A stretch of 64,000 nucleotides of DNA. It comes from Trypanosoma brucei (Eukaryota). Shown here piece after piece: positions 30,574 through 42,900 of this stretch. The stretch spans positions 672,001-736,000 of the forward strand of contig CP000066.1 of the NCBI GenBank assembly GCA_000002445.1. Direction: 5' to 3'. A model generated the notes under the pieces. The model was not told the origin of the DNA and did not search any database. It was given only the letters and a program-made list of their open reading frames with translations. Position numbers and translations under genes: made by a program. Position 1 is the stretch's first letter, and every line of letters starts with the position of its first letter.

Positions 30574-31303
30574 CTCCAGTGCGCCCAGCACGCGCTGGAT
30601 GAGATGTTCCTGGTGGATGAAGGCGTGCCTGTAGAGAGCGGCGGCTGAACCCGGTCCCTCTACTCGCAACGGAATGACATTCCGAAGGAAACTCCACTCA
30701 ACTCCTTTAGTTGTGGTGGCCGCGTAGGGCCCCGCTGCAGCAACAGCAGCCGCTGTGAAGCGGGATGGCGCTGCCGTTGCGGTGACGGGGAACCAACCCC
30801 TCTACTAACCTATCTAACTAAAGGATAGTGAGTGACTGTGGCACCCGTTTCTTGTTGAAATGAGGAGGTGAGAATAGAAAACGACGAACAAAGGGAAAGG
30901 AAACCGTGTGCTCCGGATTAAGCACCGTCTCCCTTACAACACTCAAAAATGCTCTCATTGGTTAATAATCCGCCAGCTGCATGCGATTACGTGGCACCCA
31001 GCGGCACTCGATACTTTTGTGTTGCTCTCCCTCCTGCACTCACACATTCTTAAACGCGATTTAATTAACTTCACTATCCCCTCCGGTGGGTCTCCCCTAA
31101 GTGGTTCTCTTCTTTCACCACCATCGAAACACACGTAACTTCTCTTATTCCTGGATCCCGCGTCCATGCAGCCGGACATATCAGAAGCGCATTCTCTCCA
31201 CAGCAGCTCCTTTGCTTGAAAACAACACATATGCAGTAAGGTACAGACATAAAGTTAGGCTGTAATGGAACTCACTCTTTATCCTCTTCTATTGGAACTG
31301 GGG

Positions 31304-33919
31304 TCAACCGCGTTTTGTGTTTCGTTTGTTCGCCTTCCTACCGCGGCCCTTCACTTTTCGAGGCGCATGCCGCACGTATCCGGGAACCTTCGCTGACGGA
31401 TCGAGTGGCTTGTAATTTCGGTTGAAGCGCGACTTGTTGAATTCCTTCGCTGCGGCCTTCTTTCGTGCACGTGCGGAAAGCTCTTTGCCGGACCCTCCCT
31501 TGCTTCCACTTTTTGCTCCAGTGAGCAGCGCACGGTCCTTTGCTCTGCGACTCTTGTCAGGTTCTTCGTTGTCATCATCGTCATCATCACCGCTGTCATC
31601 CTTGAAGCGAATTGGCACCGAGTTACACGTTCCAGCTGTGCGTCTCGTCACGAGATCTCCAACTACGCGGAATGCCTCGGGATGCTGAATAAGGAAATCC
31701 ATCAGACTTACGCCGAGGACACCGTCGAAACGTGCGTTAAAGCGGAACCACCTGCCGACAAGATTTCCAACATCACCAATGTACATGGGCCGAGGCTTGC
31801 GTGGCATCGCCATCAGAATTTCTTCCACTGCCTGCTGCTGTAGCTGCTTCACCCTCAGTTCACGATTCATCACTATTGGGAGATCCACCCATGGCAATGA
31901 AACTGATTCTCTTACGACTGATCCAGTGCGTACCGGCAGCATGCGCCGTAGCTCTCGCAACTCGTCTGCGCTCGGGGTTGTCTTTCGAGCGGATAAGGTG
32001 GGCTTTTTCTTTAGAGCTGGTTTACCCTCCTGAAGCAAAAAGCAATTCGAAAGAAAGCTGCGTAGCGGGCCCACATCACTTTGAAGCGTTAATGACCACA
32101 AGGTACGCTTCTCCACGTCCTCCACTGCGAGAGAGTATCCCGCAACAGCATCATAGAGAAAATGCATAAGAACAACAAGGTACTTTGCAAACGAGGGACC
32201 AAGCTTAGTTCCATAGCGACCCTCTAACCTTAGCACAGCGTCCTTGCGCGCTTTGTCCATTTGTATCAGCGCCTCGGGCCCCTTCAAAGTTTTCTTGACA
32301 CCCCACGCAGCGCCCCATGCATCAATAACACCGACGGTTGTATACGGATATAAATAGCAGAGCGTCGCTTGCAGAGCCAGGTTTGGTGCCGAACTGTAGT
32401 GATTAAAGTACTTTTTCCTCTCGAACTCAGACGGAGGAGGGAATTTACATTCGGTCGCGTCGCCCTCACCGCTGTGTGCGTTATCCTTGAACCCATCGAC
32501 AGTACTTCCACTCTCAGCTGAAGCAGCAGCGGTTGTGTTGCAGTGCTGTGTCCCGTCCTCAGCAACTATCGGCTGAATTAATCCTATTACTCGAGTTAAT
32601 GCGCGTATAGCCATGTCCTTCAAGGTAGCGCCCTGGCTCGCCTTAAAGCGAGAAGAATGATCCACAAGCTCACGGAGTACATACGCCAGAACATGGTGCG
32701 CATGGGCCACACTCGCCGCTCCAAGAGAAGCTAAAAAACTGTTGGCAAGAACCTCCTCAAACGCACTGCGTTCCGTGCTGTAGAGCCGGACGAGATGCTG
32801 CAGTGCTCCCCGAAGGTCGCCTCGCGCAAGGGACGTCGACACGTTGTTGTCGAAGCGAAACAGTCTTGCTTTCTTAGTTTTTTTTTCGTCATCTCCCTTC
32901 TCACCCTGATTGGTGTTTGTGACTCCGGAAGCATCGAATAAGGAATGCAACTGAACGGGAACATGCAATAGTGGTTTCACAAAATGCGTAATCTCCTCCT
33001 CCTCCTCGCCCGGAAGTTCTTCTCTCATCGACTCCCCAGTTTCCCTGCTATACAGAAAAAAAAGGGCACGCATATGCACCGACTGGAATTTACCTGCATC
33101 CTTCACACCAGGAAGCGTGACCAAAAGATTGTTTGGCGTTGAAAACCACGCCGCTGCTGAGCCATCACACAAATTGCCCACTATTTCCTGCGTCGTTATT
33201 ACCACTCGCCGCTCGCCTCCAAAGTAGTTGAAAGGGACTACTTCAGGGCTTGATGCCTCAATAGATTTCACGACAAGCTGCATTAAATGACCAAGACCGC
33301 TGCAGCGACAGGCCCAAGCCATGGCGTGCGCTCCAAGCGCATCGGCGGTTATTACCAGCACCTTCAATGGCTCGCTATCGGCCTCATCCCGCAATTGTGG
33401 TTTGTGCAATAACTCAGTCACTATATGACTTGCGGCTGCATGTGCAGCTGACCAAAATGCAACTGATCGCTCACTTGAAGCGCCACCAATGATGGCACGG
33501 GGGACACCAGGTAAAAGTTGCGGTTCCACACGCCCCTCATCATCTCCCCTCGGGAGCGGCGTCCACGGTCCTACGACAGGTCTGGCCGGCAGCTTATCGT
33601 CCTTTTTATTTTCCTCCTGCTCCCTCCCGGGAATTTTTTCTCCTTTCCTCTTCTTTTTACGTAACTGCGTTTCATCGCCGTTTGTCGCAGCAGCGCTGTT
33701 TCCGTTAGCCGTATCCCCCTCATTGCCGGTAGTTGCACCACGTGGTTGTTTGGCCCTTACTACCCCACTCTTATGGAAGGTACGGCGGTGCTGAAGCCAG
33801 TTCTTTGCGAAGCATTCCTGACCACAAAAAAAGCCCCGATCGGTAATAAGTTCCGCCTGACATAACGGGCACTGGAAGGATGACGCAGACTCATTGCAAC
33901 CGTCACACTGACGCTGCAT
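31304..33919 (-). CDS. Zinc-finger (MYND/C6H2-type, N-terminal) domain protein, 871 aa, with a basic Lys/Arg-rich C-terminus.
   Basis: ATG confirmed at 33919. The N-terminus CDGCNESASSFQCPLCQAELITDRGFFCGQECFAKNWLQHRRTFH has a Cys6-His2 MYND-like spacing. It is followed by a Lys-rich linker, a large alpha/beta region of unknown family, an acidic DDDDDNEE stretch, and a basic tail. Confidence 0.7.
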   Translation of the reverse strand: MQRQCDGCNESASSFQCPLCQAELITDRGFFCGQECFAKNWLQHRRTFHKSGVVRAKQPRGATTGNEGDTANGNSAAATNGDETQLRKKKRKGEKIPGREQEENKKDDKLPARPVVGPWTPLPRGDDEGRVEPQLLPGVPRAIIGGASSERSVAFWSAAHAAASHIVTELLHKPQLRDEADSEPLKVLVITADALGAHAMAWACRCSGLGHLMQLVVKSIEASSPEVVPFNYFGGERRVVITTQEIVGNLCDGSAAAWFSTPNNLLVTLPGVKDAGKFQSVHMRALFFLYSRETGESMREELPGEEEEEITHFVKPLLHVPVQLHSLFDASGVTNTNQGEKGDDEKKTKKARLFRFDNNVSTSLARGDLRGALQHLVRLYSTERSAFEEVLANSFLASLGAASVAHAHHVLAYVLRELVDHSSRFKASQGATLKDMAIRALTRVIGLIQPIVAEDGTQHCNTTAAASAESGSTVDGFKDNAHSGEGDATECKFPPPSEFERKKYFNHYSSAPNLALQATLCYLYPYTTVGVIDAWGAAWGVKKTLKGPEALIQMDKARKDAVLRLEGRYGTKLGPSFAKYLVVLMHFLYDAVAGYSLAVEDVEKRTLWSLTLQSDVGPLRSFLSNCFLLQEGKPALKKKPTLSARKTTPSADELRELRRMLPVRTGSVVRESVSLPWVDLPIVMNRELRVKQLQQQAVEEILMAMPRKPRPMYIGDVGNLVGRWFRFNARFDGVLGVSLMDFLIQHPEAFRVVGDLVTRRTAGTCNSVPIRFKDDSGDDDDDDNEEPDKSRRAKDRALLTGAKSGSKGGSGKELSARARKKAAAKEFNKSRFNRNYKPLDPSAKVPGYVRHAPRKVKGRGRKANKRNTKRG

Positions 33920-34431
33920 CTCAGACGACGCGCGAATTTTTTTTTATAATTGATTAGTAAACAATACCTTCTCCGGACACCCTGCACTCTTCCGCGTGGC
34001 GTGGGATACGCTGGAGGCTGAAACACCACAGAGCCACGTCCTCTTCCGCTCCTTTTCCACGGTCGTGGAAATTTGGTTAATGTTCAAGTTGAAGCTGCGT
34101 ATGTAGGTGCTTCTGCGGCAGCTTAGGGAATCTTACATGCAAAAAGGATCATCGTTATGATAATGATGATGATGATGAAAAAGGGGAGGAGGGGAGTAGT
34201 AGAAAACGGATAGAAAAAAGTGAATGAGCATTCGTACGTGAGTGATTGAAGGCGAGACAAGGAAGAAAGGATAAACGTGAAGATAGCCAAAGGCTTCTTC
34301 ACGGTGCTACCATTCAGATAAATTTCGATACCACTGCCAATAAGTCTTCCAAGGAAAAAAATAAAAAAAGATCTTAATAAAAGGCACGACTCCTAGCGAC
34401 AAATACAAAAGATTCTTAAATCGATGTGCAA

Positions 34432-34466
34432 ACACACACACACATATATACGTATACACGTATAAA
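34432..34466. repeat. (AC)n/(AT)n compound microsatellite.
   Basis: acacacacacacacatatatacgtatacacgtat. Confidence 0.8.
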
Positions 34467-34554
34467 AATGCAAGTTGTTACTCTATAAATTTGTCGCTTT
34501 GTGTTTTTTTTATGATTATTCTCTATAGTTGCTGAGTGGTAAAAACCGTACCAC

Positions 34555-37500
34555 TCAGCAGTGATGTTTCGACCTGGGGGAGTACAAAATGTGCGACATG
34601 CTTGTATGTGTCGTAGTGGTCGATAAAAGCCGCTCCTCTGAGTTCGCATCAGGGCTCAACTTCAGCTCACTACTGGAACTTTCGGTTGGTGGTTGGGGAA
34701 GATGCTTACCTTTGGTTATTCTTTTTTTTCCACCTTTCGAAGGCGTCGTGCTCTGGAGCACTGGGCCGCTATGCGACGAAATGAGGAATCCATAACGTTT
34801 TGCCGCTTCGAGGTCTAACTTGTAAAATGCCTCGATATAAGACGGTGTCACGGAACGCGAGCTGTAAAACGAAGATCCACAAGCCTTCTTTGGAGTGCTG
34901 GCCACCGAAGCAACAGTGCGGTGGCTGGTGGTGCTGGCCCTCCTAACTATCCCCTTTAATGCATCCATATCCTCCTCATCAAGGGCGGTACCTTCGTTAG
35001 TCAGTGCGTTACTGCTTTCGTCCCTCGACAGTTTGGCATCCCGTAGACTGGATGTGCTGCGATGACAACAGCTCCCCTCTGCTTTAAAACGCCACACCGC
35101 ATCTCGGCGGCGAACGGGTGAAATAATCGTTGCGGCTCCCGACTGGCCACCTACACACCTCCCTTCAGGTTTTCTCCCGTAGCGCGCGTCGCTCGGTACT
35201 TTGATGGGACCATACGGCTGTCGTGGTTCCTCGTAGTCGCTCCACACACCAGGGCCTTCTTCATATGGAACACGCGCCACCTTGATAGCTTTGCGGTCTG
35301 ATTTGTAATCGCGGGGGCATCGGGGGTTGATCGGGGCAGGTCGTGACGCACTCACACGATGCTTAGCTCTCGCCTCAGAAAATAACTGCTGCCACACCTT
35401 TTCCTCACTCTGGCGCTTCCATCCGGCCGTTGGTCTCAAGTAGCCTGGTGGAACTTTGGGCCTGTTCACAGCTGGCCGACGTGATGAACCGCGACTCGGG
35501 CCCCCCTTACATGACCGTTTCTTGTTTCCCGCTTCATCAGTGTTCAACGCCGTGCTGGCGCTGAGAGTACTCTCGCCAAATCGGGGGGAAGAGGAACACC
35601 CACTACGAAGGGAGGCCCTACCCGCTGCCTCGCCCTTGAACCCGCTTCCTATAGTCTCGTCGTGCATTGTTGATAATGAAACATCAGGTATTGTCAAAGT
35701 TTCTTGACTTTTACTCCTGTGACTCAGCAGTCTTCTGCTTTCCTGTCGTGGCATAGGTGTGGAGGTGGGCGATCGCTCAGCCGATTCAAACGGAGCCTTA
35801 CTTGATCCCATGAGGCTCGGTCCCACATTTTTCCCCGCTGCACTGTCACTGTTACTCCCCTTCCCAACGGTCCTCATCGAAAATGGGTCCACATCATCAT
35901 CCTCGTCGCGAACACTTTCAAAAATAAATTCGGTAGTGATAGATCCCACTTCGACTCGGTCATCACTGACTGCAGCGGCATTGCTGTTTCCTTGGCCTCC
36001 GTGACCACCGTCCTCGGCATCATCACTGTCTAAAGAAATTGTCACCGTCGTAACAGACTGGAGGGGAGTGCCCGACACCCCACAATGTACTTTTGCCGCG
36101 GTGTCCCCACGCACCTTCACCTCCTCCTCCCCCGCCGACGATAACTCGCCGAAATCTATCTCGGAAAATCCTCTTGACGAGTTGCTATAGATGATATCAT
36201 CATTGTAGGGACGTTGCGTCGTCGATCTCAGATCTGGGAAGGGCTCACCAGAGAATTGATTGAAGCAACATGTGGAACCTCCCCTACGCGCCACCGCAGC
36301 CTTCAGGGAGCAGGGGACAATATGTCGGTTCGCTAAAGAAAATGTAGCTTCCGCCTCCTCCACCGGATTTATGGGTCGCTTAAAAATGTCGCGGTTTGTT
36401 TTACCACCATCGGCCCTTGCAGCGTTCGGAACCCTTGACGGCCGTCTGCCAGAACCAGAAAGTGGCGTCTTATCGTTCCTTCTTGCTGTCTTGCAGGACT
36501 TCAAGACTGCAGAAGAACTTCTTCGCCCACTGTGACCTGCTTTCCGAGGTATCTCACTCACTTGATCCCTTGCAGCGGCAGCAGAACCGCGCAGAGGTGC
36601 TGATACGAAAGAGCCACTCTTATCGACGCGGCTAGTGGAACTACCAGCAACGGGAAACTGTGGTGAGGGTGAGCTCACTTTACTCACTGAACCTGTGGCT
36701 TCGGGAAGACTCTTTGATCGGTCACATCTCACAACAGCTACAGTACCCGTCGATGGTGCACGCACGGTCGCTGTGGTGGTGCCAGTGGAAGTGTTGAAGC
36801 TGGTGAAGTTGTTGTTGGAAGTGCGTGTCAAGGTGTTGGATGTGGGGTCCCACTCGAAGAAGACAACCTCATTGGGCGTATCCGAATCCGAAAGAGCTCT
36901 GTTATTACTCGTGTTTCTTGAGCACATCGCTGCGCTCAAAGCGGAAGTGAATGCCGAACCATCCTGTGTCGTGGACGCGTGTGATTCCGGTTCCGTCACG
37001 AGCGACCGGTCGTAACAGCGACTTGGATCCTCCGTCCCGCGAGGGGAAATGTGCGAGTGTTCTCCACAGCTCCCCTTTTGTGCGCCCCTCCTGGGCACTC
37101 CAACTCTTCTGTCAGATCCGCTGGCAACAACACTGGAGGGAATCGCACTGTAGGTGAGATGCAGGGCTGCCCTAGACTGAATTTCCTCTGCTACCAACTT
37201 TTCCCGAGCCAAATTCTCACACAGTGCAATATCCTTCATCTCAAGTCTGCACCTCCTCCTCTTCGCTTCGCACTCCCGGTACTCAGTTAATGACTTTAGC
37301 CCTAAACTGAAAACCCTCTGTATTTCTTCGCGTTCGTGACCTTCTGCCTGATACAGCTCAATCTGCCGTACATACCGTTCACTTTCTATAAGTGTTAGAA
37401 GACGTTGAGCCCACTCCTCCACCCAGTTTAAATGGCCCAATATTCCCATGTTACTCCCTCTATCGCTAATCATGCGCAACTGATTCTTCGCTTCCGATAC

Positions 37501-39231
37501 GATGCTTCTCCTTTGACATGCTTCCTGGAGGTAGATGGGCTCACGTTGAAACGCTGTCAGCTCAATGCGATGGTAATGAACAATAAACTGGAAGGCTGCG
37601 GACTCCGCGCCAATCACAAGTATCCGCTTGCCCAGTTCCTCAGATACAACACTCCGCAACTGTGCTTTAACCTCCCATATCTCGTACGAGCGGTCCATTG
37701 AGGTAGAACACAACCTGTCGGGCGAGGGTCTACTAAAGGATCCTTGTCGGCCGCCTTGAACAGGGCTGTCGAATACCCCCCACGAGCCCGCGGGGGCACC
37801 GCTTACGCTTTGATATGTACCAGCCGATGGACCTTTCTTTTCCTTTTCTTGTGAATGGGAAGAAAAATCATTGCGCGACCTGCCACCTTGGCCCACCACC
37901 GGAACGTCCGTCTCCAACTGAGCACCGCATGACAGCAGTGGAGGTCTGATTTCTTCACGTGGGGTCCTGAGCGGCGACATGCGCTGGATTGGGCAGGTCC
38001 GCACCCTTTCCCCTCTTCGGGAAGAAGAAGTTCTGGTAGGAACTGAGTTTGCTCTCCCGACTGCACCCGCTTGACTGCGAAGCTTACAGGATTGCGCTCC
38101 AGGCCCGCCCCGAGCTAAAACAGTTGCGTGCTTCACGGCACACCAGAGAAGCATTTCACGCAGCAATCGAACATAAGCTTTCGTGATTTTACGACGGTCC
38201 CTTTGCTCCTTTTCCATGATCATTAGCATATCCTTCTCATTCCTAACGGACTGCAGCGCCTCTATCAGTGGTCCTGTTCTGCAACGCTGCCGAGCCAATA
38301 CTGCACCCGAAGCAACCGGGGTAATCGGTGAAGGAGAGTTGCGGTATCGCCCCGCTGCTCTCCTGAGAGCAACACTACCAGCAATATTCCTGCTGGTCTC
38401 TTCCTCGTCATCAGACGAGGCCCACACACCATCAAACTGAACCAATAAGGAGCTGATGTTGTACAACGTTGGGAAACTGCGGCCGCCACACACCCGTCTC
38501 TTCTTTCTATTGTACGTTGGCACAATAACAAGGGAATCCGCAGACGACTCATCTTCAGGCAGTGATGAAGAGGCCACGACGAGTGTTGGTGACATCCTGG
38601 CCTGTGGGTTCAGCCTCCCTCGCCTCTCTCTGAAGTCGGGGGTGTCAACGGGAGAAACTAATCGGCGATCGCAAGGGGTGGACAGGCGGCGAATGGGGGT
38701 GGACGCCCTCCGATTAATCAAAGGCGTATCAATGTGCCGTTGTGGCGAGACGTAGCGCCGAACGACTTGCCGCAGGGGGCTTGGAGATGAAACAAATCGT
38801 GATACGGCATGGGAACTAGATGGCGCACGCTCGGAGCGGCTTGTCCTGATGCTGATATTGGAAGGTGGTGGAGGGAAATGCGACTCGTCAGCAAACAAGC
38901 GTATTTGCTCTTCTGAAATTTCTACTACGCTACGATCCTTCAATGGCGAGGTTGGCAATGGTGACACCAGCCGGTTCACAATGGCACTTCGCGCAACGTC
39001 ACGGCTCCGTTCTGAGCTGGCGGAAATTTCTTCTACTGAATGAAACTCGGAAAGTGGGCCACGGGAAGGCGGGCCGCCGACCGGCACATTCACGAGGACC
39101 GACTGCACGTCCTCCGAGGAGTAAACAGTTGGCTCGCTTCCCACAACTAATGACCTCTCCTCCACCTCTTCAAGCTGCACATCCTGAGGCTCAAACACCT
39201 GTGAGTGTACCTGCCCATCATCACTTTCCAT
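34555..39231 (-). CDS. Large Ser-rich low-complexity hypothetical protein, 1558 aa.
   Basis: ATG confirmed at 39231. Uninterrupted 4.7 kb ORF. Very Ser/Arg/Pro-rich and predicted to be largely disordered. No domain recognised. Confidence 0.6.
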   Translation of the reverse strand: MESDDGQVHSQVFEPQDVQLEEVEERSLVVGSEPTVYSSEDVQSVLVNVPVGGPPSRGPLSEFHSVEEISASSERSRDVARSAIVNRLVSPLPTSPLKDRSVVEISEEQIRLFADESHFPPPPSNISIRTSRSERAPSSSHAVSRFVSSPSPLRQVVRRYVSPQRHIDTPLINRRASTPIRRLSTPCDRRLVSPVDTPDFRERRGRLNPQARMSPTLVVASSSLPEDESSADSLVIVPTYNRKKRRVCGGRSFPTLYNISSLLVQFDGVWASSDDEEETSRNIAGSVALRRAAGRYRNSPSPITPVASGAVLARQRCRTGPLIEALQSVRNEKDMLMIMEKEQRDRRKITKAYVRLLREMLLWCAVKHATVLARGGPGAQSCKLRSQAGAVGRANSVPTRTSSSRRGERVRTCPIQRMSPLRTPREEIRPPLLSCGAQLETDVPVVGQGGRSRNDFSSHSQEKEKKGPSAGTYQSVSGAPAGSWGVFDSPVQGGRQGSFSRPSPDRLCSTSMDRSYEIWEVKAQLRSVVSEELGKRILVIGAESAAFQFIVHYHRIELTAFQREPIYLQEACQRRSIVSEAKNQLRMISDRGSNMGILGHLNWVEEWAQRLLTLIESERYVRQIELYQAEGHEREEIQRVFSLGLKSLTEYRECEAKRRRCRLEMKDIALCENLAREKLVAEEIQSRAALHLTYSAIPSSVVASGSDRRVGVPRRGAQKGSCGEHSHISPRGTEDPSRCYDRSLVTEPESHASTTQDGSAFTSALSAAMCSRNTSNNRALSDSDTPNEVVFFEWDPTSNTLTRTSNNNFTSFNTSTGTTTATVRAPSTGTVAVVRCDRSKSLPEATGSVSKVSSPSPQFPVAGSSTSRVDKSGSFVSAPLRGSAAAARDQVSEIPRKAGHSGRRSSSAVLKSCKTARRNDKTPLSGSGRRPSRVPNAARADGGKTNRDIFKRPINPVEEAEATFSLANRHIVPCSLKAAVARRGGSTCCFNQFSGEPFPDLRSTTQRPYNDDIIYSNSSRGFSEIDFGELSSAGEEEVKVRGDTAAKVHCGVSGTPLQSVTTVTISLDSDDAEDGGHGGQGNSNAAAVSDDRVEVGSITTEFIFESVRDEDDDVDPFSMRTVGKGSNSDSAAGKNVGPSLMGSSKAPFESAERSPTSTPMPRQESRRLLSHRSKSQETLTIPDVSLSTMHDETIGSGFKGEAAGRASLRSGCSSSPRFGESTLSASTALNTDEAGNKKRSCKGGPSRGSSRRPAVNRPKVPPGYLRPTAGWKRQSEEKVWQQLFSEARAKHRVSASRPAPINPRCPRDYKSDRKAIKVARVPYEEGPGVWSDYEEPRQPYGPIKVPSDARYGRKPEGRCVGGQSGAATIISPVRRRDAVWRFKAEGSCCHRSTSSLRDAKLSRDESSNALTNEGTALDEEDMDALKGIVRRASTTSHRTVASVASTPKKACGSSFYSSRSVTPSYIEAFYKLDLEAAKRYGFLISSHSGPVLQSTTPSKGGKKRITKGKHLPQPPTESSSSELKLSPDANSEERLLSTTTTHTSMSHILYSPRSKHHC

Positions 39232-39931
39232 TTATATGCCGTCTGCACTTCCCCTCCCCTCCACAAGCACACAAAAGTAGTTGTTCCTCAGGATGATTCA
39301 CCGTCTATCTGGTACTCTACTAATCTATGCTAAGGAAAAAAGGTAAATAAATAAGACAACAATTAAAAGAAAAAAGAGATACAGATGCAAGGGAAGAGAA
39401 GAGGAAAACGTCAACTACACCTACACGGATGACTGTTAAGTGGTGAGGAATAAGTTCGCGGAGGGCATAACCTACGAGTAGAAAGAGGGTAAAGTAAACG
39501 GCAGCGGCACTAAAGCGCGCGCATCCGCTCTTACCCACGCCCGCGCTTCACTCCGCCCAACAGCACATCGTATTGTCCTCCCATGCCGAACCAAACAATC
39601 CGCTGTCACTTCCGTCCAAATGAAGGTATATCAAAAGGTTATGGAGAAGAAGAGGCGGAAGAAGAATAGAACAGGGAAGGACGATATAAAACAAAAGTAA
39701 ATGCATTTGAAGCAGAAACGAAACAAAAACCACTGAAGGACACGGGGAGGCACAAGCAGATGAAGAAACGCTTGCGTCACTGGAATCCAGTGGAAGTGAT
39801 TAAATATCCTCCCATCGATTCTCTTCCTGCTCAAAGACACCACAACGCACGTGGATACGCGTGCAGGGGCACAAACACACACTTGCGTCTGGTGCACTGT
39901 TGCAACTCTTGCTCCATGCAATTTCCTCCGG

Positions 39932-42900
39932 TTAGCCTTCGCACCAAACTAAGATATCACCTGTACAGTTATCGAGCTCTTGCAGGCAATCATCCATGGA
40001 GTCACTCTCGCAGGCGAGCATAACATTCCACCTAGATCCCCTCTCCAGAGTTGTCAAGCCCTCACGGAATGGCTGGTGTAAATCCAGTTGCTGTGAAATT
40101 AATTCAAAGAGTGAAACAGGCTTGTGAGTAGGCAGAACTCGAGTAATCCCTTCATTTGAAATCCGCAAACCATTTAGCAGAAGCAACATATCCTCCGGGC
40201 TGGTGTACACGGCTGGATTGGGCATCACATGAACATGATGGTGGAGTGGTGATAGCGTAGTTTCCTGCGGCTCCAAGATTATCTTTGGTGAATGCATGGA
40301 TTCGACATAACGCCTTAGGAGACCACAAAGTGAGGTTGCACTAGGTGTGCCACCAGCAGCTTGTGAACCGGCAGGGTGAGCGTCAAATGCACCATGTGAC
40401 CAACCCAATTGCTCATCCAGCTCAGCAATAGTTGTCTGTTTGTGTTGTCGGAGCAATGGGCAGACGTACTCCTCTACAAAGCAAACAACACCTGTAGGAG
40501 GAGTGGAAAATGGGAGTACAACTCGCACATAACGAGTTGTCGTATCCGTATTATCGACGTGCCACTCAAAAAAATGTGGTAAACGATGTACCGCCGTCGT
40601 AGCCAGGCACCTTGCCCCTTCTTCTTTCACTGTAGAGTTCCAGCGCTCACCCTTCACGTCATTAGGTAAATACGCATACAGTTCGGTCTCACTTAGCAAG
40701 ACGTACTGCCCCGTTTCCCCGCTACCACGCTCCAGGTGATGTAAATGAGCCTCCCTTCTAATTTTCGCTAGCAGCTCCCAGAGGCACGCATCATCCTGGT
40801 CGCAGACGGGCCGAACCATCTCCACCTTCGCGAGGAGTTGCCCATTCCGGCACTGACGGCCGACGCGACGCAACAGCGATGGAAGGTCGCCGAACATCGG
40901 GGCGAAACGCGAACTCCAAGAGAGGGCCTCAGCTATCAACCCCAACGGAATATCCACATCAGCGGGAAAAAGACGTACAATGAGGCGAGCATAGAGCAGC
41001 CATGGACTGACCGGCCCTTTGTACGCCGAAACAATAAGGTCCACATCATCCCTTTTCTCCTCCCCGTGTGATGATGCGTTTGACAGCACTTCAAAAAACA
41101 AACCATCAAATGCCTCCACAAAGGAAGTAAGCGAACCGAGAGTCACCACAAAAGAACCCCAACGAATGCGGCGCATTAACCTGCGAACTGGGACGCCCGA
41201 AGGGGCAGAAACATGGGGCAAAATCAGGTCAAACACAGCGTGCAGAATAGTCTGAACAAAATGCAAAAGTCGATCCGGCCTCTGTGTTTTTAGCACTCGG
41301 GAGATCTGAGCCTCAAAAGTTAACCGAGAGGAAACGGCAGGAGGTGGAGGCGGAGGCGGAGTGGCGGGCAAGGAAAACGCAGGAGTCAAAACCTCGCCTT
41401 TCGCTGTGTGATTTGTCAACACAACATTGCACAGCTCCTCGTCAATCCGATAAGGTCCTTCGGCGGAGCGCAAAATGTCCAGGAGCTCTTTGGATTGCAG
41501 CGAAAGCCGTTCCACCTGCAACCAGCGTTCCAGTAGGGTAAGTGGAACCACACAGCTACCGTTCTCACGCATAGCACCCCTGCAACAGGTGAAAAAAGGT
41601 TCAATCGCCTCTGTATAGAGCTGAAAGGCACTTCTTGATGTTGTACGAAAGGCTTCAAATGCTCGTAGAGCCCGATCCTCCCGCACTGACAACCGAACGG
41701 CATCACCATCCCTCAAGCCACATTGAATGTTGATACTAGAATCACCTTTGGCAGTATCTGCAGCGAGGACATCATAACGAAGTAGCACATTTAACAATGT
41801 GTCACTATCGCCGTCGTTTTTGCCATTGTTCTTCGGTAGAAGAGCGCCGCACAACTCTCCATAAGTTACAGGAACGTTACCAAAGTGTCGTTTTCTCAGA
41901 AACGCCACAGCACGCACTACGAGATCCGTCTCGCGATGAAATGTAAGATCTGATGGTGAGGCAGCAACACAGGGCTTTTGCAACCCCTCACTATGTCCCG
42001 CTGCCAACCACTCACTTACCTCTTCGGCGGTAACGTTATCAGACGGTCCGGTGAGGTGCCCGTGCATAACGACCAGTTTCCCTTCCACATTTACCACATT
42101 AAAGTGTGCGGGGAACTGTGTTAAGGCCTCTGTGAGACTTTTCTCACCTATCCAAGCTGAAGCAGCGGGCCAACATACCGTAGCAGATAATTCACTAATC
42201 GGTATACCCGTCGGCTGCTTAACCAATGAAGCCTTGACTGTTTGCATCAACTCCAGCGCCATGGACAACCGCGCTTCTTCCGAAAACTGTAGGCGGCAGG
42301 CCGGTTGAGCTGGCCCAAGACGCTTGTAGTTGCAGTCAAATGCACTCAAGGTCCAGCAGAGCGTCGCATCTGCCGCGAATGCCGCTACATCATCCCTCGT
42401 CATGTTCCGTAGCGGCTGGGGAAGATCATCACCACCCCTCTCCACCAGTTCTTCCACGCGCTTTCGGGCCACCTCAATCCACGCACCGGAGAGTACTTCA
42501 TCAGTCTTAACACTTTGTTCCACACCACGTTGTATGAGCGGTCCAACTTCTTTATTCCACCAGAGTTGCAGCGCAAAGAGGCGGGGAGATCCCAGTTTCA
42601 TAGCGTCCGGATGCAAGGTAAAGCAGCCATCTTGGCGCTGATGTAGTAACGTGTCACTGGTGGCAAGTGACACAGCGCCCCTTACGAGGGTTGCAGCAGT
42701 ACGATACGCCTTATTGTTGCAATTGGAGCTACACAATCCCCTTGGGTGAAGAAGGGCGACACACGAGTCAATATGCAATTCGTTTTGTAACGATAAGTCG
42801 TGCGATGCTCCGCAAATGGCGGGCCCCGGAGCACGAGGAACCAAAGGAGGTGAGACACCAGCCCCATAAACTATTCGAAAGTGTAAGTAAGGAACTACAA

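Noticed and set aside
30955-31230. 91-aa minus-strand ORF in the intergenic region between the MYND gene and the 306-aa gene.
   Set aside because: No motif, Cys/Arg-rich composition with low information, and no clear acceptor signal of its own. It is probably UTR.
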